Positions 9,645 through 19,741 are shown, counted from the first letter of the stretch. The stretch is 64,000 nucleotides of DNA from Thermodesulfobacteriota bacterium (GCA_965198945.1 CBDAQI010000001.1:1-64000); one strand, 5' to 3'. Translations and numbers: made by a program. Notes: generated from the letters alone by a model not told the origin.

Positions 9645-11438
9645 ATGAATACCCGAAACATACGCAACTTTTCAATAATAGCGCATGTGGATCATGGCAA
9701 ATCCACACTTGCCGACCGCATACTTGAGTTCACGGGCACTTTGAGCGAGCGCGAAAAAAAAGACCAGTTTCTTGACCAGATGGAACTTGAACGGGAACGC
9801 GGAATAACAATCAAGGCTCAGGCGGTAAGAATCAATTATAAGGCGGAAGACGGCAATACATACCAATTGAACCTTATAGATACACCGGGGCATGTTGATT
9901 TCAGTTATGAAGTCTCCAGAAGCCTGATGGCGTGTGAGGGCGCTCTCCTTGTGATTGACGCATCCCAGGGTGTTGAGGCTCAGACCGTGGCGCATACATA
10001 CCTCGCGGCGGATTCAGGTCTGGAAATCATTCCCGTAATAAACAAAATAGACCTGCCTTCGGCAGAACCCGAGAGGGTGGCGGAAGAAGTTGAGGAAGCG
10101 CTTGGAATTGACACAAGCGGCGCGATTCTCGCAAGCGCAAAGGAGGGAATAGGCATAAGGGAGATACTTGAAGCCGTCATCAAACTAATACCTCCTCCGT
10201 CCGGCAAAAGCGGCAATCCTTTGAAAGCGCTGATTTTTGACAGCTGGTTCAGCTCTTACGAGGGAGTGGCGATGCTCGTCAGGGTTTTTGAAGGAAAACT
10301 CAAGGTCGGCGAACAAATCAAACTGATGTCAACTGGCAAAAACTACACCGTAAAAAAATTGGGGGCATTCAGGCCGGGTCTGACCGAAATGGAGGAATTA
10401 AAAACGGGCGAAGTCGGGTTCGTCACTGCGGCGGTGAGGGAAATTAACGAAGTGCATGTCGGAGATACGATAACGGATGCGGCAAATCCGGTCGCAGAAC
10501 CCCTTGAGGGATTCAAGGTTATGAAACCCGTGGTTTTCTGCGGTCTTTACCCGACAAACACGGGCGACTACGGAAAACTGCGTGAGGCGCTCGAGAAGCT
10601 GATTTTGAACGACACATCCTTTGTCTACGAACCGGAAACCTCAGCCGCGCTCGGTTTCGGATTCCGGTGCGGCTTTCTCGGACTCCTCCATATGGAAATA
10701 ATAAAAGAAAGACTTGAAAGGGAGTTTGATCTTGAACTGATTACCACCGCGCCGACGGTAATTTACAAAACCGCGGACATTTCGGGCGAGGAAAAATTTA
10801 TAGACAATCCGGCCGATTTTCCCATGGGTGACAGAAAAATATCAGTTGAAGAGCCTTTTGTCATCGTCTCAATTCATACACCCTCAGAGGTGCTCGGACA
10901 AATAATAGAGTTGTGCGAGACAAGGCGCGGAGTCAAAAAAGACATAAAATATATAACGCCGGAACGTCTTGTTCTGGAATATAATCTGCCGCTTTCGGAA
11001 ATAGTTTTTGATTTTTACGACCGCCTGAAATCCGTTTCGCGCGGTTACGCCTCAATGGACTATGAGCCGTCGGGATACCGGTCTTCAAATCTTACGCGTC
11101 TTGATGTTCTGGTCAACGGTGATCCGGTTGACGCCCTCTCCCTGATAGTGCACAAAGACAAAGCATATGAAAGGGGACGTTATTTAATTGAAAAATTAAA
11201 GGAATTAATTCCGCATCAATTATACGAAGTGGCGATACAGGCGGCCATAGGCAGCCGCGTAATAGCGCGGGAAACCGTGAGAGCAATGAGAAAAGACGTA
11301 ACTTCAAAATGCTACGGAGGAGACGTTACGAGAAAGAGAAAACTTCTTGAAAGACAAAAGGAAGGGAAAAAGCGTCTTAAGCAGGTCGGCAGCGTGGAAA
11401 TACCTCAGGAAGCGTTTCTGGCGGTTTTGAAAACTTGA
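9645..11438 (+). CDS. lepA: Elongation factor 4 (LepA)
   Basis: [51 protein letters not shown]. Confidence 0.98.
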   Translation: MNTRNIRNFSIIAHVDHGKSTLADRILEFTGTLSEREKKDQFLDQMELERERGITIKAQAVRINYKAEDGNTYQLNLIDTPGHVDFSYEVSRSLMACEGALLVIDASQGVEAQTVAHTYLAADSGLEIIPVINKIDLPSAEPERVAEEVEEALGIDTSGAILASAKEGIGIREILEAVIKLIPPPSGKSGNPLKALIFDSWFSSYEGVAMLVRVFEGKLKVGEQIKLMSTGKNYTVKKLGAFRPGLTEMEELKTGEVGFVTAAVREINEVHVGDTITDAANPVAEPLEGFKVMKPVVFCGLYPTNTGDYGKLREALEKLILNDTSFVYEPETSAALGFGFRCGFLGLLHMEIIKERLEREFDLELITTAPTVIYKTADISGEEKFIDNPADFPMGDRKISVEEPFVIVSIHTPSEVLGQIIELCETRRGVKKDIKYITPERLVLEYNLPLSEIVFDFYDRLKSVSRGYASMDYEPSGYRSSNLTRLDVLVNGDPVDALSLIVHKDKAYERGRYLIEKLKELIPHQLYEVAIQAAIGSRVIARETVRAMRKDVTSKCYGGDVTRKRKLLERQKEGKKRLKQVGSVEIPQEAFLAVLKT

Positions 11439-11527
11439 GTCTATTCGGGAAAAAATCCGCAAAATAAAAATCGGCGGAATTTTCGCCTCCCAATTAAAAC
11501 GGCCGCCCTCACCGGCGGGACGATCCG

Positions 11528-11818
11528 CTACGACACTATTTCCAGAAAATTTCTCCTGGGCTTATTTTCAAGAAAACCGCGAAGTTCGTACAGACTGCCG
11601 TTTTCCAAGCGCCATTGATGGTAATTCTCATAATCCTCTTTTGCTCTCCACCTTTCAACCAGAAACAGCAGGTTCGGGTCTTCTTTATCAATGAAAATTT
11701 TTATTTCCTCGCATCCTTCAAAATTCCTTGTGTCATCAAGGTTTTCGGCAAACCACCGCTTCAATCCCTCAACGGCGCCGGTTTTAATTCTCACTTCCAC
11801 TATTATTCCAATGCTCAT
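11528..11818 (-). CDS. Antibiotic biosynthesis monooxygenase (ABM) family protein
   Basis: 96 aa; TRNFEGC, LVERW..KEDYENY; SD GGAGG upstream. Confidence 0.8.
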   Translation of the reverse strand: MSIGIIVEVRIKTGAVEGLKRWFAENLDDTRNFEGCEEIKIFIDKEDPNLLFLVERWRAKEDYENYHQWRLENGSLYELRGFLENKPRRNFLEIVS

Positions 11819-12108
11819 TTTTTCCTCCCTTTATAGATTTTGTCGGAATGTCCGCTACCGGAAACAAAGGCATATTTGTAAATGCGACCGGGAAACCCGG
11901 CCTTAATTTTTAGGGTATGACTGCAAAACCGCACTGATATTATAAGCGGAAGCGTTAATCAAGTCCAAATAAAATTGTTAACCCGGAGACGGAAAAACCG
12001 CCAATATCGGGACCCGGCAAATCTGACAGTCCGGTTCGGTCAAGAAAAATTCTGAACGGTCCGCCGCACGGATTGACAAAATATGATAAGTGCAAGAAAA
12101 AAGGAGGG

Positions 12109-13818
12109 TCAGGTGTTTCCTTTCGGGGTTTTTTCCATCATTTTCCTCATCGGCTCGGTAATAAAATAAGTCGCCGGGCTTATGGCATCAGGGTCGGTTC
12201 GGACGTTCACAACATATGGGTTTTTTGAATTAAACGCATTTTTAAGAGCGCCCTCAAGTTCTCCTAATTTTGACACAAATTCACCCCCTCCTCCCATGGA
12301 TTCGGCAATTTTATGAAAGGGAACTTCTCCGAGAACAACTCCGTCAAGCGGCGCCTTTTCACCATATGTAATGCGGATTTGATTTCTTGTCATTCCCCAG
12401 GATGAGTCGTTACAAACGACAATCACAACAGGCAAATTATGCCTCACCGCGGTTTCAAACTCCATAAAATTCATGCCGAGCGCTCCGTCCCCCGTTATCA
12501 ATATCACCCTATTTTCCGGACGTGCCGCTTTAACGCCGAGCGCAAAAGGAAGCCCCACACCCATACAGCCGAGTGGCCCTCCCTTAATGTATCCGCCCGG
12601 AATTTCCACACGGCATGAAACGTCTGTCCAGGCCTGACAGTCCCCGCCGTCGGGAATAAAAATCGCCGACGGCGGAGCGGCTTTATTAACCGCCTCAACA
12701 AGTGAGACCGGATGAATGGCGCCTTTCTTTGAAGACGAGTTTTTTGTCCCAAAAAAAATACGAGAGTTTTTAGCGGAAACATTTTTTATCCGCTCCGTCC
12801 ATTTTTCAAAAACGGGCGGGGATTTTTTTATTTCACGATTTAATTTTTTCAAAGTCGCACGCACATCCGCGACAACGGGTATATCCGCATTCCTGTTTCT
12901 GCCTATTTCCCCCGGCTCTATGTCAATCTGGACTATTTTCGCTTTTTTATTGAATGTTTTTCCAAAACCCATAAAAACTCCCGCACGAACGCCCGCAAGC
13001 AAAATAAAATCCGCCTTTTCCGTCGCCTCGGAAAACCCGAAGGGTGAGGACGGACTCGCGGGACCGAAACAAAACGGGGAAGAATCGGGAATAATTCCCC
13101 TGCCGAGATGCAGTGTGAAAAAAGGAGCGCGGACTGTTTTTGAAAGAATTGACAGTTCACTCCCGGCTCCCGAATAAAACGCCCCGCTTCCGGCTATGAA
13201 AACCGGTTTTTTCGCGGAGCGGATATTTTCAGAAATTTTTCTTATTATTTCATCCGAGGGTTCGGGGTTTTGGATTTCAGAAAAATCAGGCTCTTCCGTT
13301 TCTCCGGGCGAGCAAAACGGATAAAGAACTTCGTAAGACATTCCGAGGTAAACCGGCCCGGGCCTTCCGGTTTTTGCGGCCCGCCATGCATCCGTCACAT
13401 AGCGCGGAATCCTGGCGGTTTCATAAACCGTTCTGACCCATTTTGCCACAGGTCGGGCAATTGCCTCCTGGTTAATTTCCTGCAGAGAAAGCCGGTCGTT
13501 TTCTTCTATTCCCGACCTGCCCGAAATTACAACAAGCGGTGAGTTGGCGAGAAATGAAACCGCCATACCCGTAACGGTGTTCGTAAATCCCGGCCCGGCT
13601 GTTACGAGACACACCGCGGGCTCCCCGGTTGAGCGCGCATATGCGTCGGCGGCCATTGCGGCTCCCTGCTCATTGCGGGTGTCCAAAAGGCGTATGCCAA
13701 GCTCAGAACAAGCCTTGTAAACCGGGTTGATATGTCCGCCGCCGAGAGTGAACACATTTCTCACACCCAGTTTAAAGAGAGTTTCCGCAAGCAAACGTCC
13801 TCCCTGTTTGTCTGTCAT
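12109..13818 (-). CDS. Thiamine pyrophosphate-dependent enzyme (acetolactate synthase-like / 2-hydroxyacyl-CoA lyase-like)
   Basis: RNEQGAAMAADAYAR, TAGPG, RPGPV, GCMGVG, TPP motif GDGALG...CND. Confidence 0.88.
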   Translation of the reverse strand: MTDKQGGRLLAETLFKLGVRNVFTLGGGHINPVYKACSELGIRLLDTRNEQGAAMAADAYARSTGEPAVCLVTAGPGFTNTVTGMAVSFLANSPLVVISGRSGIEENDRLSLQEINQEAIARPVAKWVRTVYETARIPRYVTDAWRAAKTGRPGPVYLGMSYEVLYPFCSPGETEEPDFSEIQNPEPSDEIIRKISENIRSAKKPVFIAGSGAFYSGAGSELSILSKTVRAPFFTLHLGRGIIPDSSPFCFGPASPSSPFGFSEATEKADFILLAGVRAGVFMGFGKTFNKKAKIVQIDIEPGEIGRNRNADIPVVADVRATLKKLNREIKKSPPVFEKWTERIKNVSAKNSRIFFGTKNSSSKKGAIHPVSLVEAVNKAAPPSAIFIPDGGDCQAWTDVSCRVEIPGGYIKGGPLGCMGVGLPFALGVKAARPENRVILITGDGALGMNFMEFETAVRHNLPVVIVVCNDSSWGMTRNQIRITYGEKAPLDGVVLGEVPFHKIAESMGGGGEFVSKLGELEGALKNAFNSKNPYVVNVRTDPDAISPATYFITEPMRKMMEKTPKGNT

Positions 13819-13872
13819 GACAACTATTCTACAGAAACAATCACCGAAAAACCGGAATGTTCAAAAAAGTCG

Positions 13873-13899
13873 TTGAAACAAGAGAAACCGTTCCTATAT
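13873..13899 (+). promoter_or_regulatory. Sigma-32 (RpoH)-like heat-shock promoter
   Basis: TTGAAA-14 nt-CCTATAT directly upstream of an Hsp20 gene. Confidence 0.55.
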
Positions 13900-13934
13900 T
13901 AAAGTTGCGATCAATAACAAAGGAGGTGAAAAAA

Positions 13935-14363
13935 ATGAGCGCATTAAGACTTTGGGAGCCATTCAACATGTTCAGAGATTTTGACGACGCGCTTGAAAAT
14001 TTCGGCGTGTTTCCCTCTGGCGCAGTTGAAAAGACTTTGAGTCCAAGGGCCGATGTCGCGGAAACGGACAAGGCATATGAAATAACTCTTGAAGTTTCGG
14101 GGGTGGAAGGGAAAGACCTGACCCTTGAAGTTATGGGAGATGTCCTTACCGTGGGCGGCGAAAAAAAGTTTGAGGAAAAGAAGGAAGGGAAAAACTACTT
14201 AACGGTTGAAAGACACTATGGAAAATTTTCCCGCAGATTCAATCTTCCAGAAAACACGGACACAAAAGGCATTAAAGCCGACAGCAAAAACGGCATACTG
14301 ACCATAACGGTTCCGAAAACTCAGGTTGAAGAGCAAAAACCTCTGAAAATTGAGGTGAACTAG
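13935..14363 (+). CDS. Hsp20/alpha-crystallin small heat-shock protein
   Basis: PRADVAET, ERHYGKFSRRFNLP, NGILTITVPK; SD AGGAGGTG before the ATG at 13935. Confidence 0.92.
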   Translation: MSALRLWEPFNMFRDFDDALENFGVFPSGAVEKTLSPRADVAETDKAYEITLEVSGVEGKDLTLEVMGDVLTVGGEKKFEEKKEGKNYLTVERHYGKFSRRFNLPENTDTKGIKADSKNGILTITVPKTQVEEQKPLKIEVN

Positions 14364-14378
14364 GGGTCAAAAAGGCAC

Positions 14379-14420
14379 GGGACGGGAAGCCCCCGTTAAA
14401 GGGGGCTCCGTCCCTTTTTG
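14379..14420 (+). terminator. Intrinsic terminator after hsp20
   Basis: GGGACGG..AGCCCCC-loop-GGGGGCT-CCGTCCC followed by TTTTT. Confidence 0.8.
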
Positions 14421-14553
14421 TCTTCCATGGCTCAATTCCTTTCTTTTTTCAAGCCGGGAAATTGAAACGTACCGGTTTGGAAAATCCGGGGATTTTTATC
14501 TGCAAATCGGCTTCAGAATAAGTCCCAAACGTAAACCGGAACTGCTCGATGTT

Positions 14554-15438
14554 TCAAGGCGCTATGCCCAACTGCCTTCTCATCTTCTCGTCGGGCGGAC
14601 TGTTTTTGTTCCAATAGTCGGAAATGATTGTCTTTTTCGCCTGCGCCCTGGTTTCAATTTTTTTCGCGGCGGGACCCCACCCACTTTTATAAATCTCGCG
14701 CCAGGAAACTATTTTATGCGGAAAAACGGTCTCAAAATCCATCTCAAAAACCCTTTCACTTTTTGGGAAAAAAAGCGAATAACGGGTGATTGTCTCAGAA
14801 GGATTTGAAATTTTCGCATCCGCCTCCTCAACCCCAAAGCCGGTGTGAAGGAATCTGGTTATCAAAAGACGCGGAAAAATTCTTATCCTTCCGGTCGGAA
14901 GTGATTCCGGATTCATACGGACAAGGGTCCATATTTCATCCTCAAGAAAAGCGTCCCTAACTTTGAAAGTTCCGTCTCCTTCGTCTTCAAAGTATGAAAA
15001 GAACTTCCCGTCGTAGCCGCGTCTTGAGCGGTTGAGCTGCATAAAAACGTTTCCGCACCACTCCTGGGATGAAAGAGTAACCTTCAGGGGGCGCCGGTCT
15101 TTGCCCGAAACCGGGGCGAAAACCGATGACATGGTTGAATATCTGTAAATACCGGTGTTGAACTTTTTAACAAAATTCAGTTTGAGAATTTTCACGGCAT
15201 CTTTTCCGGCACGCGAGGGGTTGTCCAGCTTTATGTGTTTTGAGCGCGAAAAGTCTTCGGTAACAAAAATAAGAACGGCGTATCCGGGATTTTCATTGCC
15301 GTAACGCGCCTGACTGAGCTCGTAGCTGGTAATCTCAGCCTTGCCGGAATACCAGTAGTCTGAAAACTGGTCCGCCGCGACAAAAGACGGCGCGGCAAGA
15401 ACAGAAAACAGAAAGATTGTAACAAAGAGCCCTCTCAC
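14554..15438 (-). CDS. Conserved exported hypothetical protein
   Basis: Signal peptide, then YWYSGKAEITSYELSQARYG...IFVTEDF...QEWCG; I recognise it as a conserved family of unknown function. Confidence 0.75.
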   Translation of the reverse strand: MRGLFVTIFLFSVLAAPSFVAADQFSDYWYSGKAEITSYELSQARYGNENPGYAVLIFVTEDFSRSKHIKLDNPSRAGKDAVKILKLNFVKKFNTGIYRYSTMSSVFAPVSGKDRRPLKVTLSSQEWCGNVFMQLNRSRRGYDGKFFSYFEDEGDGTFKVRDAFLEDEIWTLVRMNPESLPTGRIRIFPRLLITRFLHTGFGVEEADAKISNPSETITRYSLFFPKSERVFEMDFETVFPHKIVSWREIYKSGWGPAAKKIETRAQAKKTIISDYWNKNSPPDEKMRRQLGIAP

Positions 15439-15532
15439 GGCCTTTTATTATAACCCGCAAGCGAAATTTCTTGTAATCCGCATGCTTTTTTGTTACATTC
15501 TCGCTTCGCTACTTTTGAGGAAGGGTTGAAAA

Positions 15533-15694
15533 ATGGGAAAACAGGGAAATCGGCTTATGGTCAAAATTAAAAGCACCGAGAGCCACCACATCTACTACAC
15601 CGAAAAAAACAAAGTGAACACGGAAGGCCGTCTTGAAATCAAAAAATTTGATCCGGTCATAAGAAAGCATGTTCTCTACAAGGAGACAAAATAA
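15533..15694 (+). CDS. rpmG: 50S ribosomal protein L33, cysteine-free type (not in the ORF track)
   Basis: Manual translation [56 protein letters not shown] overlaps the rpmB ATG. Confidence 0.95.
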   Translation: MGKQGNRLMVKIKSTESHHIYYTEKNKVNTEGRLEIKKFDPVIRKHVLYKETK

Positions 15695-15936
15695 TGGCGC
15701 GCAGATGCTCAATCACGGGTAAAAAACCGCTTTCCGGAAACCATGTTTCGCACGCGAATAATAAGGTCAGAAAGCGCCAGTTGCCCAACCTTCAGGAGAA
15801 AAGAATTTATGTTCCCGAACTTGGCGGTTTTGTAAAAATCAAACTTTCCGCCCGCGCCCTGCGGACAGTTGACAAAAAAGGCCTTCTCCCTTTTCTCAAA
15901 AGCGAGGGGTTGTCACTCAAAGACGTTGTGAGATAG
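15694..15936 (+). CDS. rpmB: 50S ribosomal protein L28
   Basis: [34 protein letters not shown]. Confidence 0.96.
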   Translation: MARRCSITGKKPLSGNHVSHANNKVRKRQLPNLQEKRIYVPELGGFVKIKLSARALRTVDKKGLLPFLKSEGLSLKDVVR

Positions 15937-15955
15937 ACAATTTCTTAATGAGCCG

Positions 15956-16972
15956 TTGAATAAACAGCCCGGCCTCTTAAAAAACAAAATCTTTCCGAAA
16001 ACCGCAAAACTGACTGCGATCGTGGCATTTGCTCTTATTCTCACGGCCCGGGACCGGTTGTCGGCGGAGATGAAAACTGTTGAATATTTTGGAATGTGCG
16101 ACGCTTCGGCCGCGGTGGCAGTGGGAAACGATATGTTTCTTGCCGCAAATGACGAGGACAATATCCTCAGACTCTACCGCACGAACCAGGGCGGAAAACC
16201 GGTACAAAGCTTTAATCTCAACCGCTTTTTGAAAATCCCGAAGCGCCGGGAGGCGGACATTGAAGCCGCCGCGCAAGTCGGAAATATCGTTTATTGGATA
16301 ACATCGCACGGAACAAACAAAAACGGAAAACCCCGTCCCGGCAGGCGCAGACTGTTTGCAACCGGCATAAAACAGTCCGGCGGAGAGGTTGAAGTCAGGC
16401 CAATCGGCGTTCCGCATAAAAATCTTTTGGAAGCCCTGAAAAAATCCCCGCAACTGAAAAAGTTCGGTTTCGGCACGGCGGCAAAAATTCCACCCAAAAG
16501 AGAAGGAGGGCTGAACATTGAAGGACTTGCGCCCGCCGAAGGTGGAGGTTTGCTGATTGGTTTTCGCAACCCTGCGGCCGGCGAAGATGCTTTGATTGTT
16601 CCGCTTGAAAACCCGGAAGAGGTCATAAATGGAAAAGAAGCGAAACTCGGAGACGCAACCGTCTTGCCGCTCGGAGGCTTCGGAATAAGAGCGATTGAAT
16701 ACCTGTCCGGGCGGCGGGAGTATCTGATTGTCGCGGGAGCACGGGATGGAAGAGAGGTTTTTCAAATCTACAAATGGGCGGGTTACGGCAGACCCGAACC
16801 CGCCGCCAGAATTGACACCACCGGTCTGAATCCCGAAGCGGCGGTTTTTTATGCTGAAAAGGGCGGGATGCTCTTTTTGAGTGATGGCGGCTCAAAAAAT
16901 GTCGCGGGTGAAAAATGCAAAGACTCTCCGGCATCAAAAAGAAGTTTCCGCGGCATACTCGTTCCATACTGA
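15956..16972 (+). CDS. DUF3616 family exported protein (beta-propeller-like)
   Basis: CDASAAV, ANDEDN, DIEAAA, YWITSHG, LNIEGL, IGFRNP, NPEA; N-terminal hydrophobic stretch. Start uncertain. Confidence 0.7.
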   Translation: MNKQPGLLKNKIFPKTAKLTAIVAFALILTARDRLSAEMKTVEYFGMCDASAAVAVGNDMFLAANDEDNILRLYRTNQGGKPVQSFNLNRFLKIPKRREADIEAAAQVGNIVYWITSHGTNKNGKPRPGRRRLFATGIKQSGGEVEVRPIGVPHKNLLEALKKSPQLKKFGFGTAAKIPPKREGGLNIEGLAPAEGGGLLIGFRNPAAGEDALIVPLENPEEVINGKEAKLGDATVLPLGGFGIRAIEYLSGRREYLIVAGARDGREVFQIYKWAGYGRPEPAARIDTTGLNPEAAVFYAEKGGMLFLSDGGSKNVAGEKCKDSPASKRSFRGILVPY

Positions 16973-16977
16973 AAGCT

Positions 16978-17862
16978 TCACGCGGTCAAATATAAAACCA
17001 TGGTCGGCAGAACAAGGAATGAAATAACTGTTCCGACTGCAACCACCGAGGCGACTTTGTCCGGTTCGGTGCCATATTTTTCCGCAAAAACAAGACAGGT
17101 TACGGCCGTTGGCATTGCACACTGCAGAACCATGACTTTTGAAGCAAGCTCCGAAACGGCAAAAAAAGGAACAAGGACGAGCGCGCTGACAAATCCGAGA
17201 GCTATGCGGGAACACCCGAAAAGCGACGAAACCCAAAAGCCCGATACCGAAAGCTCCGAAAGCCGGTATCCCAGAATAAACATCATTCCCGGAACCGCTA
17301 TGTCTCCCAGAAGAGAGACCGACCTGCTGATAAAAAGCGGCAATTCATACCCTCCGAAGTTTATCCACATGCCCCCGACAGCCGAGTAGATCAGCGGCAA
17401 TTTGAAAATCTCGTAGATCGCGCCGCGAGGGCTCACAAGAGACACCCCGAGAGTGTAGTGAAGAAGGGCCATCGCCACCATGCAGACGACGGCAATCTGA
17501 AAGCCCTCTTGGCCGAAAGCGAACAGCATCAGCGGCAGCCCCATATTGCCGTTGTTGGCAAAAATCATCGTGGGAAGATAGACCGGACGCGGAAGTTTGA
17601 GAATCCTGGTCAGCAAAAGACCGAAAACGAGACACACTGCGGAAACACAGACAAAAAATCCGAAAATCCGCGCCACGAAATCAAAATTCATGGGCGGTGA
17701 GGAAAAAGAGGAAAAAATCAGACACGGAGCGGCCACATAAAGAACAAGGTCGTTAATCGGAGAAACCTCAACGCGCTTGATTTTTCCGAACAGAAAACCC
17801 GCCCCGACTATCAGAAAAACGGGAAGCACCACATTGGCAATACCCGTGTCGGCTATCGCCAC
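16978..17862 (-). CDS. AEC (auxin efflux carrier) family transporter
   Basis: About 10 TM segments; PCLIF, FANNGNMGLP, QCAMPTAV. Start uncertain (GTG at 17862 vs 17916 in the track). Confidence 0.85.
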   Translation of the reverse strand: MAIADTGIANVVLPVFLIVGAGFLFGKIKRVEVSPINDLVLYVAAPCLIFSSFSSPPMNFDFVARIFGFFVCVSAVCLVFGLLLTRILKLPRPVYLPTMIFANNGNMGLPLMLFAFGQEGFQIAVVCMVAMALLHYTLGVSLVSPRGAIYEIFKLPLIYSAVGGMWINFGGYELPLFISRSVSLLGDIAVPGMMFILGYRLSELSVSGFWVSSLFGCSRIALGFVSALVLVPFFAVSELASKVMVLQCAMPTAVTCLVFAEKYGTEPDKVASVVAVGTVISFLVLPTMVLYLTA

Positions 17863-17888
17863 GGTGAACGGGAAGTGAAAACCCGGCA

Positions 17889-18875
17889 CTACAACCTCAC
17901 CACGCAGGAGCCCCATGTAAAACCGGCCCCAAACGCAGTGAGAAGCAGTGTGCTCCCCTCCGAAACCGCGCCCTCCCGAAGCGCCTCGTGCAGAGCGATT
18001 GGAATGGAAGCCGAAGACGTGTTTCCGTATTTGTCAAGATTGACCAGCACTTTTTCGGAGGGAAAATTCATCTTTTTTCTTGTTGCCTCAATAATTCTGT
18101 AATTAGCCTGGTGCGGAATAAAAAGATCTATTTCCTCATGGGTGATTCCCGCAAGTCTCACGGCCTCTTCCGAAGCGGTTTCCATTGCTTTTACCGCCAC
18201 CTTGAAAACCTCGTTACCCTCCATTTTAAGAAAATGACTGCGGTCACGGACGCTCTGTTCGCTTGCGGGTATCCGTGAACCGCCCCCGGGCATATAAAGA
18301 AGTTTCCAGTTGTCACCATCGGAACCCATTTGAGAGGAGAGAATTCCCGGAGCATCGGATTTCTGCAGAACCGCCGCTCCGGCACCGTCTCCGAAAAGAA
18401 CGCAGGTTGCCCTGTCTTTATAGTCCACAACCTTTGAAAGGGACTCCACTCCGACGGCAAGAACCGTTTGGCAGCGACCCGAATCTATCATGTCTCTTGC
18501 CATGTGAAGAGCGTAGAGAAAACCCGAACAGCCCGCGAGAATGTCAAAGGAATAAGCATTTTCCGCTTTCAGCCTGCTTTGCAGAATGCATGCGGTTGAA
18601 GGAAAAAGGTAGTCGGGTGTGACTGTTGCCACCACAATGGCGTCAATTCTGTCCGAAGAAACACCCGCGGCTTCAAGAGCCTGACGCGCGGCTTCAAACC
18701 CCATGTCCGAAGACGCCTCATCATCCCTCGTTATTCTTCTCTGCCTTATGCCGGTTCTCGTAACTATCCACTCATCGCTTGTGTCAACAATTTTTTCAAT
18801 ATCGCTGTTGGTAAGGACCTTTTCGGGGGAATAGGACCCTATTCCGGTGATTTTTACAAAACCCATCTCCGCCAT
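17889..18875 (-). CDS. fabH: 3-oxoacyl-ACP synthase III
   Basis: DTSDEWIVTRTGI, AGCSGF (Cys), PHQAN (His), GNTSSAS (Asn), FGAGFTWG. Confidence 0.95.
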   Translation of the reverse strand: MAEMGFVKITGIGSYSPEKVLTNSDIEKIVDTSDEWIVTRTGIRQRRITRDDEASSDMGFEAARQALEAAGVSSDRIDAIVVATVTPDYLFPSTACILQSRLKAENAYSFDILAGCSGFLYALHMARDMIDSGRCQTVLAVGVESLSKVVDYKDRATCVLFGDGAGAAVLQKSDAPGILSSQMGSDGDNWKLLYMPGGGSRIPASEQSVRDRSHFLKMEGNEVFKVAVKAMETASEEAVRLAGITHEEIDLFIPHQANYRIIEATRKKMNFPSEKVLVNLDKYGNTSSASIPIALHEALREGAVSEGSTLLLTAFGAGFTWGSCVVRL

Positions 18876-18894
18876 TATTATTTCAAAAAAGGAG

Positions 18895-19362
18895 TTATGT
18901 CAAACTGAACCGCCCCGAACGGCGAAGGGCGCTCATTATACGGAGTCTTTCATTCTCATCAAACTGAACGGCAAACCCCGCAACAGGCTCATCACCTGAG
19001 GAGAAAAACCACATTTCAGTTTCTTGTGAAGAACTGAGAAATTTTAAACTCTCCAAATCAGTGCCGGAATCCAGCGAGAAAAAATACTCATGTCTTACGG
19101 AAAAACTTTTTTGGCCTTCAATAAAAATCACCGCACAAACGGCCGGAAACTCTTCTTTATCAATAAAATCAAAAGTAAAACGCACAGCCGGCTCAAAATC
19201 TCCGGTCAATAAAAGCGCAAGCGCGCCGTCCTTAACAGCAAAAACAACGCTGTTTTCACTCAAGAACGCAAAACACCCGGAATCCATGATGGAAAGGGCC
19301 ATCCGCTTCTCAGAGTCAATTTCAAGACCGGAAACAGTCCGTATTTTCACACTTCTTTTCAC
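18895..19362 (-). CDS. Hypothetical protein
   Basis: 155-aa ORF filling the gap, co-oriented with and 19 nt upstream of fabH; no recognised motif. Confidence 0.6.
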   Translation of the reverse strand: MKRSVKIRTVSGLEIDSEKRMALSIMDSGCFAFLSENSVVFAVKDGALALLLTGDFEPAVRFTFDFIDKEEFPAVCAVIFIEGQKSFSVRHEYFFSLDSGTDLESLKFLSSSQETEMWFFSSGDEPVAGFAVQFDENERLRIMSALRRSGRFSLT

Positions 19363-19535
19363 TATTTCTCAAAAAACCGTTTTAGAAGTTACCTTTTGGA
19401 AAGCTGTTGTAAAACCCTGGAAAATCATTTTTTATTTTCTCCTTCCGGCAATAAATAAGGATTTTGTTGAAGTTGAGGGAAAATAAGTAAAGTATTGACC
19501 CTTTCCCCAATATCATTGTAAGATAATCGTTACAG

Positions 19536-19706
19536 ATGTATAATTTAGTTTTAATAGCGGTGGTTGTCCTGATCATTGTTGCCGTTCTCTACATTGCAAA
19601 GGGCAAGGAAGGCGGAGGCGGAGATCAGACCGATGACAGCCCCAAGCCGCCCGAAAGCAAAAGCACGGGAAACGAACAGGACGCTTTTCGCGCCCCCAAA
19701 TCCTGA
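19536..19706 (+). CDS. Small single-pass membrane protein, 56 aa (not in the ORF track)
   Basis: MYNLVLIAVVVLIIVAVLYIAKGKEGGGGDQTDDSPKPPESKSTGNEQDAFRAPKS; preceded by TTGACC-18 nt-TAAGAT. Confidence 0.6.
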   Translation: MYNLVLIAVVVLIIVAVLYIAKGKEGGGGDQTDDSPKPPESKSTGNEQDAFRAPKS

Positions 19707-19741
19707 ACCGGACCGGCGCAGTGCCCGCACGGAGATCTAAT

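Noticed and set aside
14554..15438. Maf / septum formation inhibitor label that I recall being attached to similar proteins
   Set aside because: The protein has a signal peptide and none of the Maf motifs (LAS.SPRR, ADT).
19536..19706. TatA/TatB
   Set aside because: Lacks the FG hinge and the following amphipathic helix.
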